Position numbers and translations under genes: made by a program. Source: Bdellovibrionota bacterium (lineage in GTDB: Bacteria > Bdellovibrionota_C > UBA2361 > JBGSMV01). From it: a DNA stretch of 64,000 nt. The notes beneath the pieces were generated by a model that did not search any database, was not told the origin of the DNA, and saw only the letters and a program-made list of their open reading frames with translations. This document shows positions 1 through 9,473 of the stretch, one piece after another (the first letter of the stretch is position 1; each line of letters starts with the position of its first letter). The stretch is from positions 32,001-96,000 of the forward strand of contig JBGSMV010000040.1 in NCBI GenBank assembly GCA_041739995.1, read 5' to 3'.

Positions 1-76
1 CCAATAAATTTAAATGGTTAGGTCCTCGCCTTGGGTCCGGCACCGCAGTCTGAGAGAGTAGCCCCGTTCCAGAGTG

Positions 77-113
77 AAAAACCCCGTCACAACTTTTACG
101 TTGCAACGGGGCT
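77..113 (-). terminator. Intrinsic terminator downstream of the CsgG-family gene
   Basis: Minus strand reads AGCCCCGTTGCAAC-GTAAAA-GTTGTGACGGGG-TTTTT: hairpin plus U-tract about 35 nt after the stop at 148. Confidence 0.7.
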
Positions 114-147
114 CTTCAAGAATGGAACTTAGTCGTCCTTAGATAAC

Positions 148-1002
148 CTAGGCGCCCTTAAGGGATTCAAAGGTCTTCAGCACCGCGTCATTCATGGCGA
201 CGCGAACTGCTTGCCCCATGGCACTCTGAACAAATTCAGTCTTAGATCCGCCGATGCCAAACAAGCTTGCGCCGTTGGTTGCCGACTTAGCGGTAAACGT
301 ACCCGCAACGTTGAAAGCACGAATAATTCGCCCCGTCTTCCCGTTCACTACTTGAACATCAAACGCAATCATTCCCGTGCGACTCGCCAGCTCGGCCTCA
401 AAGGTTGGATTCGCCGCTGCCACGCCAGTACCGGCCCAGAACAAGCCGTTATTCCCTGTGTACGCTCCGGCGATGCCTGCGATCAGCCCCGTCCATCCAA
501 GCGAAACGCCCGTGGAGTCGTTCGATGAAGCAACGTTCTCAGAGAATTCTGTCACGGCACCACGAATAATAAATGGTCCGCGTTCACCCTTCGCGATACG
601 CGCCTGGTAAGTTCCATTCTTGTTGCGCTTGACCGCCTTCAGGTCGACCACCGACAGATTGCCTGCATTGGTAAGAGCGGTGATCAACTGAGAAGAGACT
701 CCTTGCGCCACTGATTTGTTGGTAATGGTGGAACTACACTCAGCTCCTGCGCAGCGACGTCGTCCGGTCGACTCTATCTCGATGACCTGCCCTTGTGTAT
801 TCGTGAGGAAAGGCTCAACGACCACCACGTACTTAGGCAACTTCGGATCGTAGGCGATCGCAATTGGCTCAACCTGAGCATGTCCTGGAATTTGATTTGA
901 AGCAGCGACTGAGTTCTTGTCGAGCGACACACACCCCGTAAGCGACGCCGCAGTCAGAAAAAAAGCTGCAAGAATACCAACATGAACCTTTCTCATACCC
1001 AA
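148..1002 (-). CDS. CsgG/HfaB-family outer-membrane lipoprotein
   Basis: Lipobox LTGC after a hydrophobic signal. Family-like segments: 'QLITALTNAGNLSVVD', 'IIRGAVTEF', 'FDVQVVNGKTGRII', 'GQAVRVAMNDAV'. Start could be 996. Confidence 0.75.
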   Translation of the reverse strand: MGMRKVHVGILAAFFLTAASLTGCVSLDKNSVAASNQIPGHAQVEPIAIAYDPKLPKYVVVVEPFLTNTQGQVIEIESTGRRRCAGAECSSTITNKSVAQGVSSQLITALTNAGNLSVVDLKAVKRNKNGTYQARIAKGERGPFIIRGAVTEFSENVASSNDSTGVSLGWTGLIAGIAGAYTGNNGLFWAGTGVAAANPTFEAELASRTGMIAFDVQVVNGKTGRIIRAFNVAGTFTAKSATNGASLFGIGGSKTEFVQSAMGQAVRVAMNDAVLKTFESLKGA

Positions 1003-1077
1003 CCACCTATAATAAACGTTCGAGCAATGCTCGAACCACCACCAATAGAACTGCTGCGAGCGAGATCCGAATTCAGT

Positions 1078-1239
1078 TCAGACCAGGCGCACACCCACGG
1101 CGGACAACAAAGCAAGTACTGTACCAGCTCCCTGAGCTACGAATTTTTCATAGAGTCCCCAGTAGCGGAGAGAGGCCCGCGAGGCCCTAGAGGCTTCCAA
1201 CTTTCTCAGACCCTGTTCGAGTTGCTTGAGACGTTCCAT
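1078..1239 (-). CDS. Possible small hypothetical protein (53 aa)
   Basis: ATG at 1239 gives MERLKQLEQGLRKLE...GTVLALLSAVGVRLV, a helical N-terminus with a hydrophobic C-terminus. No family recognised. Confidence 0.3.
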   Translation of the reverse strand: MERLKQLEQGLRKLEASRASRASLRYWGLYEKFVAQGAGTVLALLSAVGVRLV

Positions 1240-1439
1240 AGTAATGCTCTGAGGCGGCGGCGTTGCCAGAGCACTTAAGCGCCCAGCGCTTTCGAGCCGA
1301 TAGTGCCCTAATAGGTGCACTCTCCTCGCGAGCCGATGCGCCCCCCTGTGTAAGCGGCATTCATCAGGCGAACGGGTCCCCCAAGGGGCAGCGCCTATGG
1401 ACATTGACCGCAAGGCGATTAAAACGGTATCCGAGCTCT

Positions 1440-1916
1440 ATGTTTGGAATAAGTTTCACTGAGTTTTTGCTGATTGGGGTAGTCGCCCTGCTGGTCTTCG
1501 GACCAGACAAGCTTCCCGAAGTAGTGCGCTGGGTGGGGCGTATCAGTGGACAGCTCCGAAAAACCTCTGACTCTCTGAAACGAGAGCTATACAGCGCGGT
1601 GTACCAGCCAACACAAAATGAACTCGCCAATGCCAAAGGCGAAATGCACAGACTTAAAAGTGAATTCTTTAACAGCACTCAGCTCGACCCCTCGTGCCCC
1701 GATACCATTGCAAAGCGAGCAGTCACTTTGAAGGCCTCTCAGGAAACCGTCCTTCCAAAAAGTTCCCAAGACAGCCAAGGTGGCAGCGACAGCGAGCCGC
1801 CTTCGACATCGGCCAACGCACCCGCAAAATCACCTGTGGTTGATATCCCACTCCCGACCGCGCTCAGCAGCGCCACATCGCCCGCGCTGAGTCGATCTTC
1901 GGAGAAGCTCCCATGA
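1440..1916 (+). CDS. tatB: Twin-arginine translocase subunit TatB
   Basis: MFGISFTEFLLIGVVALLVFGPDKLPEVVR (E8, FGPxxLP) and a long low-complexity tail. Overlaps tatC (ATGA). Confidence 0.9.
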   Translation: MFGISFTEFLLIGVVALLVFGPDKLPEVVRWVGRISGQLRKTSDSLKRELYSAVYQPTQNELANAKGEMHRLKSEFFNSTQLDPSCPDTIAKRAVTLKASQETVLPKSSQDSQGGSDSEPPSTSANAPAKSPVVDIPLPTALSSATSPALSRSSEKLP

Positions 1917-2707
1917 GCACCAATACGGGAACCCTTCCGTCGGGCCAATCTCCTGCGGGCGACGCTGCTTCAACTAACGAACTTCCCGAAATGGGATTAA
2001 TGGATCACTTGCGCGAACTGCGAAAACGCCTGCTTTTTTCCATCTGTGCCGTCGCCTCCATGGCGGTGTTTGGATACGTGTACGCTCAGCCGATATTTGA
2101 TGTGCTCAATCAGCCCTACTTCGAAGCCTTTCAAGGCAGCGCCATGATTGGAACAGGCCCGGCTGAGGCGTTCGTTCTAAAGCTCAAAGTTGCACTCTTT
2201 GCCGGAGTGATATTGTCCTCGCCTTTCGTGTTCTACCAAGTGTGGCTGTTCATCTCTCCTGGGCTTTATTCTCATGAGAAAAAACTGGCCCTGCCCTTTT
2301 TGCTCATCAGCACGTCACTATTCGCTCTTGGAATTTATTTTGGTTACGCGATTATTTTCCCTTATGCCTTTGAATTTTTTCACGGGGAATACACCTCTGT
2401 TGGCCTTACCCCTACGATTCGCATGAGCGAACATCTTTCCGCTCTTATTACGGGGCTCTTAGGGTTTGGTGCCGTGTTTCAAATGCCCGTACTGGCCTAC
2501 TTCCTCGCGCGTCTAGGAATAATTACCGACCGTCTGCTGATTGATGGATTTCGATACGCAATAGTCGGGATATTTGTGGTTGCTGCAATCTTGACTCCAC
2601 CTGATGTGGTCACTCAGTGCTTGTTTGCTGCTCCATTGGCGCTGCTGTACGGAATCAGCATCTTGGTCGTGCGATATGCTCAGAGTGAACCAGATCCCAC
2701 CCCGTGA
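1913..2707 (+). CDS. tatC: Twin-arginine translocase subunit TatC
   Basis: MGLMDHLRELRKRL, YQVWLFISPGLYSHEK, FQMP and AAILTPPD motifs; multiple TM helices. Confidence 0.97.
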   Translation: MSTNTGTLPSGQSPAGDAASTNELPEMGLMDHLRELRKRLLFSICAVASMAVFGYVYAQPIFDVLNQPYFEAFQGSAMIGTGPAEAFVLKLKVALFAGVILSSPFVFYQVWLFISPGLYSHEKKLALPFLLISTSLFALGIYFGYAIIFPYAFEFFHGEYTSVGLTPTIRMSEHLSALITGLLGFGAVFQMPVLAYFLARLGIITDRLLIDGFRYAIVGIFVVAAILTPPDVVTQCLFAAPLALLYGISILVVRYAQSEPDPTP

Positions 2708-3000
2708 ACTTGCGCCGAGCACCGCAATCCACTTGCCGTTTGCCTTCATACCGCTACATCTCCACGACGACCGCTTACTTAGAGGATTTTCCTAACCATC
2801 ACCGAAAAGCGAGTCCCATGCAGGGGTTCCTCTTAAGAGAAACCTGGAATTAGCTGGCATGATACAGCGTTCGATTGACGTAATCGCCCCATAGCCTGCA
2901 TTGTAAGAGTAAGGAGTTCAGTGCTTAGAGGCATTACTTTCCCTCCCCATTGACTTAGCTTCCCGTCCAGTAATGTTTCCGACGCTTCGCTCTGAAAACT

Positions 3001-3035
3001 GGGCACCCATCTCGTAAGAGGTGGGTGCTTTTTTT
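3001..3035 (+). terminator. Intrinsic terminator between tatC and lpxD
   Basis: GGGCACCCATCTC-GTAA-GAGGTGGGTGC followed by 7 T. Confidence 0.8.
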
Positions 3036-3171
3036 CTGCCCGCTCTGGCACCTCGACATATTACGCGATCCCTCATGTGCTGGCCCCGCGAGGCCCTTCA
3101 ATCTTCCTGAGCCTCCTTCCATAGCTCAGCAAGTTTTTGTACCCTCAGGCTCACTCAAAAGTGGAGATACT

Positions 3172-4254
3172 GTGGCCGTACTTAGAAAAGATAAGCGCTT
3201 CACTGTGGCTGATATCGCCGCGATGGTAGGTGGCACCGTCATAGGAAACACCTCGCGAGTTGTGCATGGACTTTGCTCATTCGAGGACCCGATCGAGGGC
3301 CACCTGTGCTTTGCGCGAACCACCAGCTACAAGGCCGTAGAGCGTGCCTTAAGCAATGTTGCAGTCGCCGCAGTCTTGGTTCCCGATACTACGAAGCTCC
3401 CCCCGCTTGCTGAGGAATCAGCGCCCGCTTCGCCACCAACAAATGCTTTACCCTCTTTAATCCTTGTCAAAGACCCTGCCGCCGCTCTGTTCTCTCTGGT
3501 CCCCCAGTACTACCAGCCAAGAGAAGCCTCCGAAGGGGTACACAAACTCGCAAGCATAGATCCCTCCGCCACACTGGGGCCTAAAGTGCATGTCGGCCCG
3601 TACGCCGTGGTAGGTGCGGATGTAAAGATCGGCGAGAATGCGGTCATTCATTCCCATGTCGTGCTCTATCCCGGTGTCAGCATCGGCGCCGGTTCAGTAC
3701 TTCATTCTGGAGTGGTTATCCGCGAAGATTGCGAAATCGGTGAGGACTGCATCATACACAACGGTGCGATAATTGGTGCCGATGGGTTTGGGTACGTGCC
3801 AGACGCAACTCTGGGTCTGCGCAAGGTACCCCAGGTGGGGACAGTGAGAATTGGAGATAAAGTGGAGATTGGTGCGAATGCATGCATCGACCGAGCCACC
3901 CTTGGCACCACCGTCATAGACCACGGTGCCAAAATAGATAACCTCGCGCAGATAGCTCACAACGTGCACTTAGGGCGTTCGGCTATTGTCTGCGGTCAAG
4001 TCGGAATAGCCGGCAGCGTTCGAGTCGGCGCTGGCGCCATCCTCGGCGGCCAAACGGGGGTTAAGGACCACGTGAATATTGCGGCTGGTGCCCGCGTCGC
4101 CGCACGATCGGGGGTTTCTAATGACATTGAAGCAGGTGATTATGCAGGGTATCCAGTGTTACCTGCAAATGAATGGAAACGGCAGCATGCGGCACTTGCA
4201 CGCCTTACAAAATTGCTCATCCCACTGCAAAAACTCCTTCGCGGCGTTGAGTAG
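3172..4254 (+). CDS. lpxD: UDP-3-O-(3-hydroxymyristoyl)glucosamine N-acyltransferase
   Basis: Hexapeptide repeats, IGADGFGY, VEIGANACIDRA, KIDNLAQIAHNV. GTG start at 3172 with GGAG RBS. Confidence 0.95.
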   Translation: MAVLRKDKRFTVADIAAMVGGTVIGNTSRVVHGLCSFEDPIEGHLCFARTTSYKAVERALSNVAVAAVLVPDTTKLPPLAEESAPASPPTNALPSLILVKDPAAALFSLVPQYYQPREASEGVHKLASIDPSATLGPKVHVGPYAVVGADVKIGENAVIHSHVVLYPGVSIGAGSVLHSGVVIREDCEIGEDCIIHNGAIIGADGFGYVPDATLGLRKVPQVGTVRIGDKVEIGANACIDRATLGTTVIDHGAKIDNLAQIAHNVHLGRSAIVCGQVGIAGSVRVGAGAILGGQTGVKDHVNIAAGARVAARSGVSNDIEAGDYAGYPVLPANEWKRQHAALARLTKLLIPLQKLLRGVE

Positions 4255-4301
4255 CGGCCCTCCTCTTCACGCAGCCCGGCCGACTTTCAGGGATAGGCTC
4301 T

Positions 4302-4349
4302 CTGATCCATTGGCTGATCCATTGGCTGATCCTTTGGCTGATCCTTTGG
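4302..4349. repeat. 12-bp tandem repeat x4 (CTGATCCWTTGG)
   Basis: CTGATCCATTGG x2 then CTGATCCTTTGG x2, between lpxD and the probable start of the next gene. Confidence 0.9.
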
Positions 4350-4378
4350 GCATTCCTGAAAATTGCGCCCGAAACAAT

Positions 4379-6058
4379 TTGCGCCTTTTGATTTGCTCTT
4401 TGATATCTATCCTCGTCTTGTCTCTTGGAAGCTGTAAGCCACCAGAGGATGCCAACGTTTCACACTCAGACCCGGCCTCGGTGCGCATTGTGCACGGACC
4501 GGAGCTGCGCGCGTTCCTTAGCTCTGCGCGCGAACAATTTATGGTGGATGCCCCTAAACTCCCCAACGGAGACCCTGTGCGCATCGAACTCATCAGCGAA
4601 ATGGGCCTCGTCGCAGCTTCGCGCGTCGCGCGTGGTGAGTTGAAGGCAGAAGGTTGGATCAGCCAATCCTCTTCTCTCGTCAATTACACCAACAACACGC
4701 GAATAAACCTCGGCCCTCAGCAAGACGAATGCGTCCCTCTGTTTCGAACCAAGTACGTAGTCGCCACTCGACCCGAACATGCAGCTCTTATCGGCGCGGT
4801 AGATGAAACGTTTTCATGGACTAAACTTTTGCCTCAGGAAACAAGCTCTTCGCTCAAGAAGGATCCCAAAGGTAAAGGCGACCCTCTGTCTCAGGCCACT
4901 ACACTCTCGCTGAGCCATGCACAGCCACATGCCTCAACCACAGGACTTGGTTCCCTGATACAGCTCGCGTACGCTGCCAGCGGAGGAGCGCCACTTTCTG
5001 TCGCACTGTTGAAGAAACCAGATATCGAATCAGCTCTACAGCGCTATCAAAGGGCGGTCTTCACCTACCCTCTGAGTGAAAGTCTCCTACTGTCAAAAAC
5101 AGCTGCTGCTTCCGGGCTCCGTCCTCGCTTTGCCATCACCACCACTCAGCAACTGACCCAATTTAATCAACAACAAGGCAACTCAAACAACCGGCTTGTA
5201 GGCCTTACTCCGTCAGAAGGGAGTTATTACGAGGACTATCAGCTCTGCACCTCCGATGCTGACTGGGTCTCGCCTGGCCACCGCGCAGCACTCTCGCTAT
5301 TCGCTGACTTCCTCTTGTCTGCGCCATCCCAGAAAGACGCCCAGCACTTAGGCTTCGAACCATCACGGCGGCCCTCAACGAAAAGCGACGCCGACCACTC
5401 TGCCGAAGTAGCCCCTCCCGCCACTTTGCCTGCAAAGACCTCGAGCTCCACTCAAACGGAACTGGCTCCAGCAACTGGCGAAGTGGTCTCTTACTTACTC
5501 GAAGCCTGGCCGCGGCTGCGCCGCCCCGCAGCCTTTATCCTAGTACTTGATGCTTCAGGCAGCATGGATGGGGACGCCCTCATGGTCGGCAAGGAGCAGT
5601 TCCGCCGCATGCTCGCCTCTACCTCAAACAATGATCTTAAAGGTCTGATTGTTTTCAACACCACCAGCTCTCTAGTCTCTCCACTTACTAAAGACAGCGC
5701 GGATGTCTTTCCTAAGCTGGACCTAGTCCAAAGCCTCGGTGGAAGCGCGGTCTATGACGGAATCCGTAATGCGCTTGAAGTCGCTCAAGACTCCTCTCTC
5801 GCACCCTACCGCAAGATGGTGGTTGTCTTTACTGACGGCAGCGACAAGAACTCAGAGATTTCTCTCACCAGTCTCATGAGCTACGCCCGGCGCATGGCTG
5901 ACGAAAACGATGTCAGTCTCTTCATCGTGGGCGTTGATCGCGAAGGCTCTGACTTCTCTGACCTTGAGAAAGTAGCCCAAGAGGCGGACGGCACTTTCAG
6001 ACGCTCTGCGTTAGTGACCATGGAGGCTGTCTTTCAGGAAATCAGCAAGGGGTTCTAA
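4379..6058 (+). CDS. Lipoprotein with substrate-binding-like N-terminal domain and C-terminal VWA domain
   Basis: Probable TTG start gives MRLLICSLISILVLSLGSC (lipobox). VWA MIDAS motif 'VLDASGSM', 'GGSAVYD', 'VVFTDG'. Start is uncertain (ORF open from 4079). Confidence 0.8.
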   Translation: MRLLICSLISILVLSLGSCKPPEDANVSHSDPASVRIVHGPELRAFLSSAREQFMVDAPKLPNGDPVRIELISEMGLVAASRVARGELKAEGWISQSSSLVNYTNNTRINLGPQQDECVPLFRTKYVVATRPEHAALIGAVDETFSWTKLLPQETSSSLKKDPKGKGDPLSQATTLSLSHAQPHASTTGLGSLIQLAYAASGGAPLSVALLKKPDIESALQRYQRAVFTYPLSESLLLSKTAAASGLRPRFAITTTQQLTQFNQQQGNSNNRLVGLTPSEGSYYEDYQLCTSDADWVSPGHRAALSLFADFLLSAPSQKDAQHLGFEPSRRPSTKSDADHSAEVAPPATLPAKTSSSTQTELAPATGEVVSYLLEAWPRLRRPAAFILVLDASGSMDGDALMVGKEQFRRMLASTSNNDLKGLIVFNTTSSLVSPLTKDSADVFPKLDLVQSLGGSAVYDGIRNALEVAQDSSLAPYRKMVVVFTDGSDKNSEISLTSLMSYARRMADENDVSLFIVGVDREGSDFSDLEKVAQEADGTFRRSALVTMEAVFQEISKGF

Positions 6059-6092
6059 GAGTCTGTGTCACAGACTCCTCGCTTACCGTTCC

Positions 6093-6908
6093 TCACTGGA
6101 AGCGCTGCAGAAACTTCTTCATTCGACGCAACCCTGTGGTGCGTAACTGAGAGGCTCTCGCCTCCGTAACTCCGAGCATGCTTCCCACTTGCTTGAGGGT
6201 AAAGCCATCGTAAAAGGTTGCGACAACCGCATCGTACTCGCGGTCAGGAAGCCGATCGAGCGCTTGTTCAATCAAGAGCGTATTCTCGGCACTTAAGAGA
6301 ACCGCCAACGGGTCCTTACCGTCAGGATCGAGGACCTCAGAGGCAATACCGCCGCTGGAGGCAACTTCCGCCATGTCCTGCGAAGGAGACATTGGCAGCG
6401 CAGACTCTCGTCGCTCATCGAGACGAGCACGCAAGGTGCGCACCATCTCTTCTCGAAGACCAAGCTCGAGTGCGAGTTCTTCTACTTCCACCGCACGCCC
6501 TAGCCGAACCTCCAACACATCTTGCGAGCGTCTCAATCTTTCGATGGCGCGCCGCTCTGCGCGCGAGAAGTGATCGAGTTGCCGAACCGTGCGAATCATG
6601 GCGGCATACACGCGCGATCGAAGAAAAGCTTTTTGTTTGGCTGGCTGCACCTGGGAGAGCTCAGGATAGGCGTCCAAAAGCCCCTCCAGCCCCGCACTCA
6701 CCAGGTCCGCCTCTTCGCTCGCGCAGTCGAATTCCGAGCCGACCTGCCTTGCAAGACGCTTTGTGGCAGGAAGAAAAGAGAACAAGAGATCTTCTTGGGA
6801 GCCCGCCTGCAGGGGTGAAACAGCCGCGCTCTCGTCAGGCGACCGCGACCCATTCAATTCTCCTGCCCCGGAAAGCCCAGTAACTGAACTCAAATTCTGG
6901 TGTCTCAT
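6093..6908 (-). CDS. Sigma-70 family factor, FliA/WhiG (group 3) type
   Basis: Region 2 'EEADLVSAGLEGLLDA', region 3 'LGRAVEVEELALELGL', region 4 'LPDRE...FTLKQVGSMLGVTEARASQL'. AGGAG precedes ATG 6908. Confidence 0.85.
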   Translation of the reverse strand: MRHQNLSSVTGLSGAGELNGSRSPDESAAVSPLQAGSQEDLLFSFLPATKRLARQVGSEFDCASEEADLVSAGLEGLLDAYPELSQVQPAKQKAFLRSRVYAAMIRTVRQLDHFSRAERRAIERLRRSQDVLEVRLGRAVEVEELALELGLREEMVRTLRARLDERRESALPMSPSQDMAEVASSGGIASEVLDPDGKDPLAVLLSAENTLLIEQALDRLPDREYDAVVATFYDGFTLKQVGSMLGVTEARASQLRTTGLRRMKKFLQRFQ

Positions 6909-7226
6909 TGCTACTCCTGTACGCACCCTTCAGCTCCTACATTCACGTAAGACCTAGAGCACCACGTTAGAGACGCATTACAACCACCTTCTCGAGCAGC
7001 TCCCGTCCACCAAAACACCTCAGGGTGTTCGGCAACGAGCGCTTCTACTAGAGAGGAAATTCGGTGCCTACCCGCTATCGCTTGAGACTCAGCGCCAGAA
7101 ATCCCTGTCCCGGCCCGAGTCGAGCAAATTTCCTAAGAGGCTTGCGTAGAATTTGCCTTTTGAGCGATTTTTTAAGAGGAAATTAGCTTTAAAAACGCAC
7201 ATGAGGGCGCTCATAGAGCGACATAA

Positions 7227-7895
7227 CTAGCGCGCCATTTCCTCAAGTTTTCTTCTAGCAACTGTCACTATCACCTGCGGCACGTTGCGTGATTTCGAAA
7301 GTTTTTTGATGTCAGGCGCATTAAGATATCGCACCCATTTTAGCGCCACATCGCTGGGGGTTTTGGGATTAAACACCAAGTGGACCTTTACCATGTACGA
7401 CTTAGTCCAACTTTGATTTGAGCCAATCGCTCGTAACACGTGCTCTGAAAGATTTGGATTGCGGGAAAACTCCTCAATTTCATTAAGCTGCACGCGTGGA
7501 TTCTTGAGCACGAACATCTGCACCAGTTTGCTGCCGTCGCGGATTAGGTACGCCCTGGCAGCGGCATTCCCAAACATCGCAAGCTTAATTTTCTCGGGCA
7601 TGGTGCATTCATCCATGCGCAAGGGCTTGGCCTGTTCATCCCCCTCGGCAGTTGGGGTCGCAACCGCCCCGTCGACATCTCCCTCCCCTGCTAATGTTGG
7701 AGCTCCACACTCGGCTGAGAGTATCACTTCAGGAGTTGAATCTTCACGCGCCAATGCGTCAGGTACTACTATGGAATCTTGCCCTTTGAGCACGGCACTA
7801 ATCTGTTCTTGTTCAGCAAGTGGTACATCTTCAAGCGAAAAAAGGCTCGCAAGTTCTTCGTCGCTAAGCACCTTACCTGGATTTATGATTGTCAT
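7227..7895 (-). CDS. Conserved hypothetical helical protein, last gene of the nadC-birA-coaX operon
   Basis: 'EKIKLAMFGNAAARAYLIRD...VLKNP...LVFNPKTP' helical domain. ATGA coupling to coaX. Confidence 0.75.
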   Translation of the reverse strand: MTIINPGKVLSDEELASLFSLEDVPLAEQEQISAVLKGQDSIVVPDALAREDSTPEVILSAECGAPTLAGEGDVDGAVATPTAEGDEQAKPLRMDECTMPEKIKLAMFGNAAARAYLIRDGSKLVQMFVLKNPRVQLNEIEEFSRNPNLSEHVLRAIGSNQSWTKSYMVKVHLVFNPKTPSDVALKWVRYLNAPDIKKLSKSRNVPQVIVTVARRKLEEMAR

Positions 7896-8713
7896 GAGTT
7901 CTTCGCCTGAGGTTCGCGGCGCTTTGCCTCGTCAGTGCGACTAATATTTTGAACCCCAAGTTCGGCAATAATTCGCAACCCCTGCAAGGCGAGACTAGGT
8001 TCCACTTCAGTGATGCGTCGTGCGTGCGGAGTAAATCGAGCAGCCGAATCTCCAGTCGCCACCACATGCGCTACTGGGCCGATTTCTGCCTCAATGCGAG
8101 CCACGATGCCGTCGATCATGGCCCCATACCCAAACATGAGTCCTGATTGCATGGCTCCAACCGTTGATTTTCCAATCGCCGACTGAGGCCCGACGCAATC
8201 AATTAAGGGAAGCTTCGCGGTATTATCCGCCAGCGCAGCGAGCGCTACGATAGGCCCCGGCGCAATTACGCCGCCCTCATAGGCACCTTCAGCATTCACC
8301 ACATCAAACGAAAGAGCGGTGCCAAAGTCGACTACAATACACGGCGCTCCAAACATCTCACGCGCCGCCAACGCCACCACCACGCGGTCTGCGCCAAGTG
8401 CCTGGGGCTCATGAACTTTTAGAGAGAGTCCGGTTCTCACCCCTGGGCCCACCAGCAACGGCGCCACTTTCCAAAGTCGCACTGCCGCTTCAACAAAAGC
8501 GTCCGTAATCTGAGGAACCACGCTGCATATCGCCACCTTAGAAACGCGGGGCATTTCGCCAAAATGGCGCTCAGCAATCGCAACGAGAGTTGCTTCTAGT
8601 TCATCAGTAGTACGAGGAGTTCCACTGGTAAGTCGATGCTCGGAGCAGAGCTCTGGTCCCTTAAACCATCCTATCGCGGTGGTAGTGTTCCCTATGTCAA
8701 TCGCTACTAGCAT
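7892..8713 (-). CDS. coaX: Type III pantothenate kinase
   Basis: MLVAIDIGNT, LGADR, VVDFGTA, GGVIAPG, VATG motifs. Confidence 0.95.
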   Translation of the reverse strand: MLVAIDIGNTTTAIGWFKGPELCSEHRLTSGTPRTTDELEATLVAIAERHFGEMPRVSKVAICSVVPQITDAFVEAAVRLWKVAPLLVGPGVRTGLSLKVHEPQALGADRVVVALAAREMFGAPCIVVDFGTALSFDVVNAEGAYEGGVIAPGPIVALAALADNTAKLPLIDCVGPQSAIGKSTVGAMQSGLMFGYGAMIDGIVARIEAEIGPVAHVVATGDSAARFTPHARRITEVEPSLALQGLRIIAELGVQNISRTDEAKRREPQAKNS

Positions 8714-9473
8714 TGTGCACCTGAACATTGTCTACCTGAACATTGTCTACCTGATGCCCTGAGGCTATCTGCTCAACTCCGCTTTCTGTTTGCAGCGAGA
8801 GTTCGCCTGAATGGCTCACACCCACAATTATTCCAGTAACTAGTCTCTGCCCCAAATCCAGCGTGACCGTATCACCCACACCATACGCCGAACTAAGCCA
8901 GGTGTCTCGAAATGCCGGAAACCCTTCTTGAACAAATCTCCCCCAAGCGCTCCACAAATGCTTACAGACAATCGGTAACAGTTCTTGGACTGTGACCTCT
9001 CTTCCTAAGACCTCGCGCAAAGAAGTGCTGTGAGAGACTTGGCTTGGCGCAGAGCTGAGATTCATACCAATCCCAATCAGCACATAGGTTGATTCCTCAC
9101 GCGTCAGCAGCTCAATCAAAACTCCAGCTATTTTCTTCCCTTCCGCAGTCAATATGTCGTTCGGCCACTTGAGCAGCACATCGCCACCCAGCTCGGCGCA
9201 CACATCTCGCAACACCGTGCCGACGACTAATGAAAAGCCAGACAAACGTGCCGCCGCCAGCGGACTAGACATCACGAAAGTCGCCGCCAAAGACCCTTGC
9301 TCTGAAAACCAGGTGCGTCCCTGGCGACCACGCCCTGCAGTCTGGCGTTCCGTGCTCACCACCAACGGTGAAGCCTCTTGAACCCGCTCCAACATAGTGC
9401 GAGCAACATCCATGGTTGAGGGCACTTCCTTTCGGGTTTCGATCTGCCAGGGGTTTACTGTGAAGGGACTCAC
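8697..9473 (-). CDS. birA: Biotin--[acetyl-CoA-carboxylase] ligase (no N-terminal HTH)
   Basis: STMD, QTAGRGRQGRTW, LKWPNDIL, KKIAGVLIE, IGIGMNL. Confidence 0.95.
   Translation of the reverse strand: MSPFTVNPWQIETRKEVPSTMDVARTMLERVQEASPLVVSTERQTAGRGRQGRTWFSEQGSLAATFVMSSPLAAARLSGFSLVVGTVLRDVCAELGGDVLLKWPNDILTAEGKKIAGVLIELLTREESTYVLIGIGMNLSSAPSQVSHSTSLREVLGREVTVQELLPIVCKHLWSAWGRFVQEGFPAFRDTWLSSAYGVGDTVTLDLGQRLVTGIIVGVSHSGELSLQTESGVEQIASGHQVDNVQVDNVQVHNASSD

Noticed and set aside
148..1002. Curli biogenesis locus
   Set aside because: Only a CsgG-family gene is present. No csgA/B/E/F-like genes are adjacent in the window, and the family is widespread outside curli systems.
4302..4349. CRISPR-like array
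   Set aside because: The 12-bp units are contiguous with no spacers, and no cas genes are present. No repeat-spacer array was seen anywhere in the window.
6218..6883. 221-aa plus-strand ORF (and similar long antisense ORFs such as 44766..45419 and 38661..39149)
   Set aside because: Shadow frames opposite well-supported genes, with no recognisable motifs.
7143..7158. Sigma-54 promoter for the FliA-like gene (minus strand GG-N10-GC)
   Set aside because: AGGCAAATTCTACGCA matches only the dinucleotides and lacks TGGCAC/TTGC; too weak.
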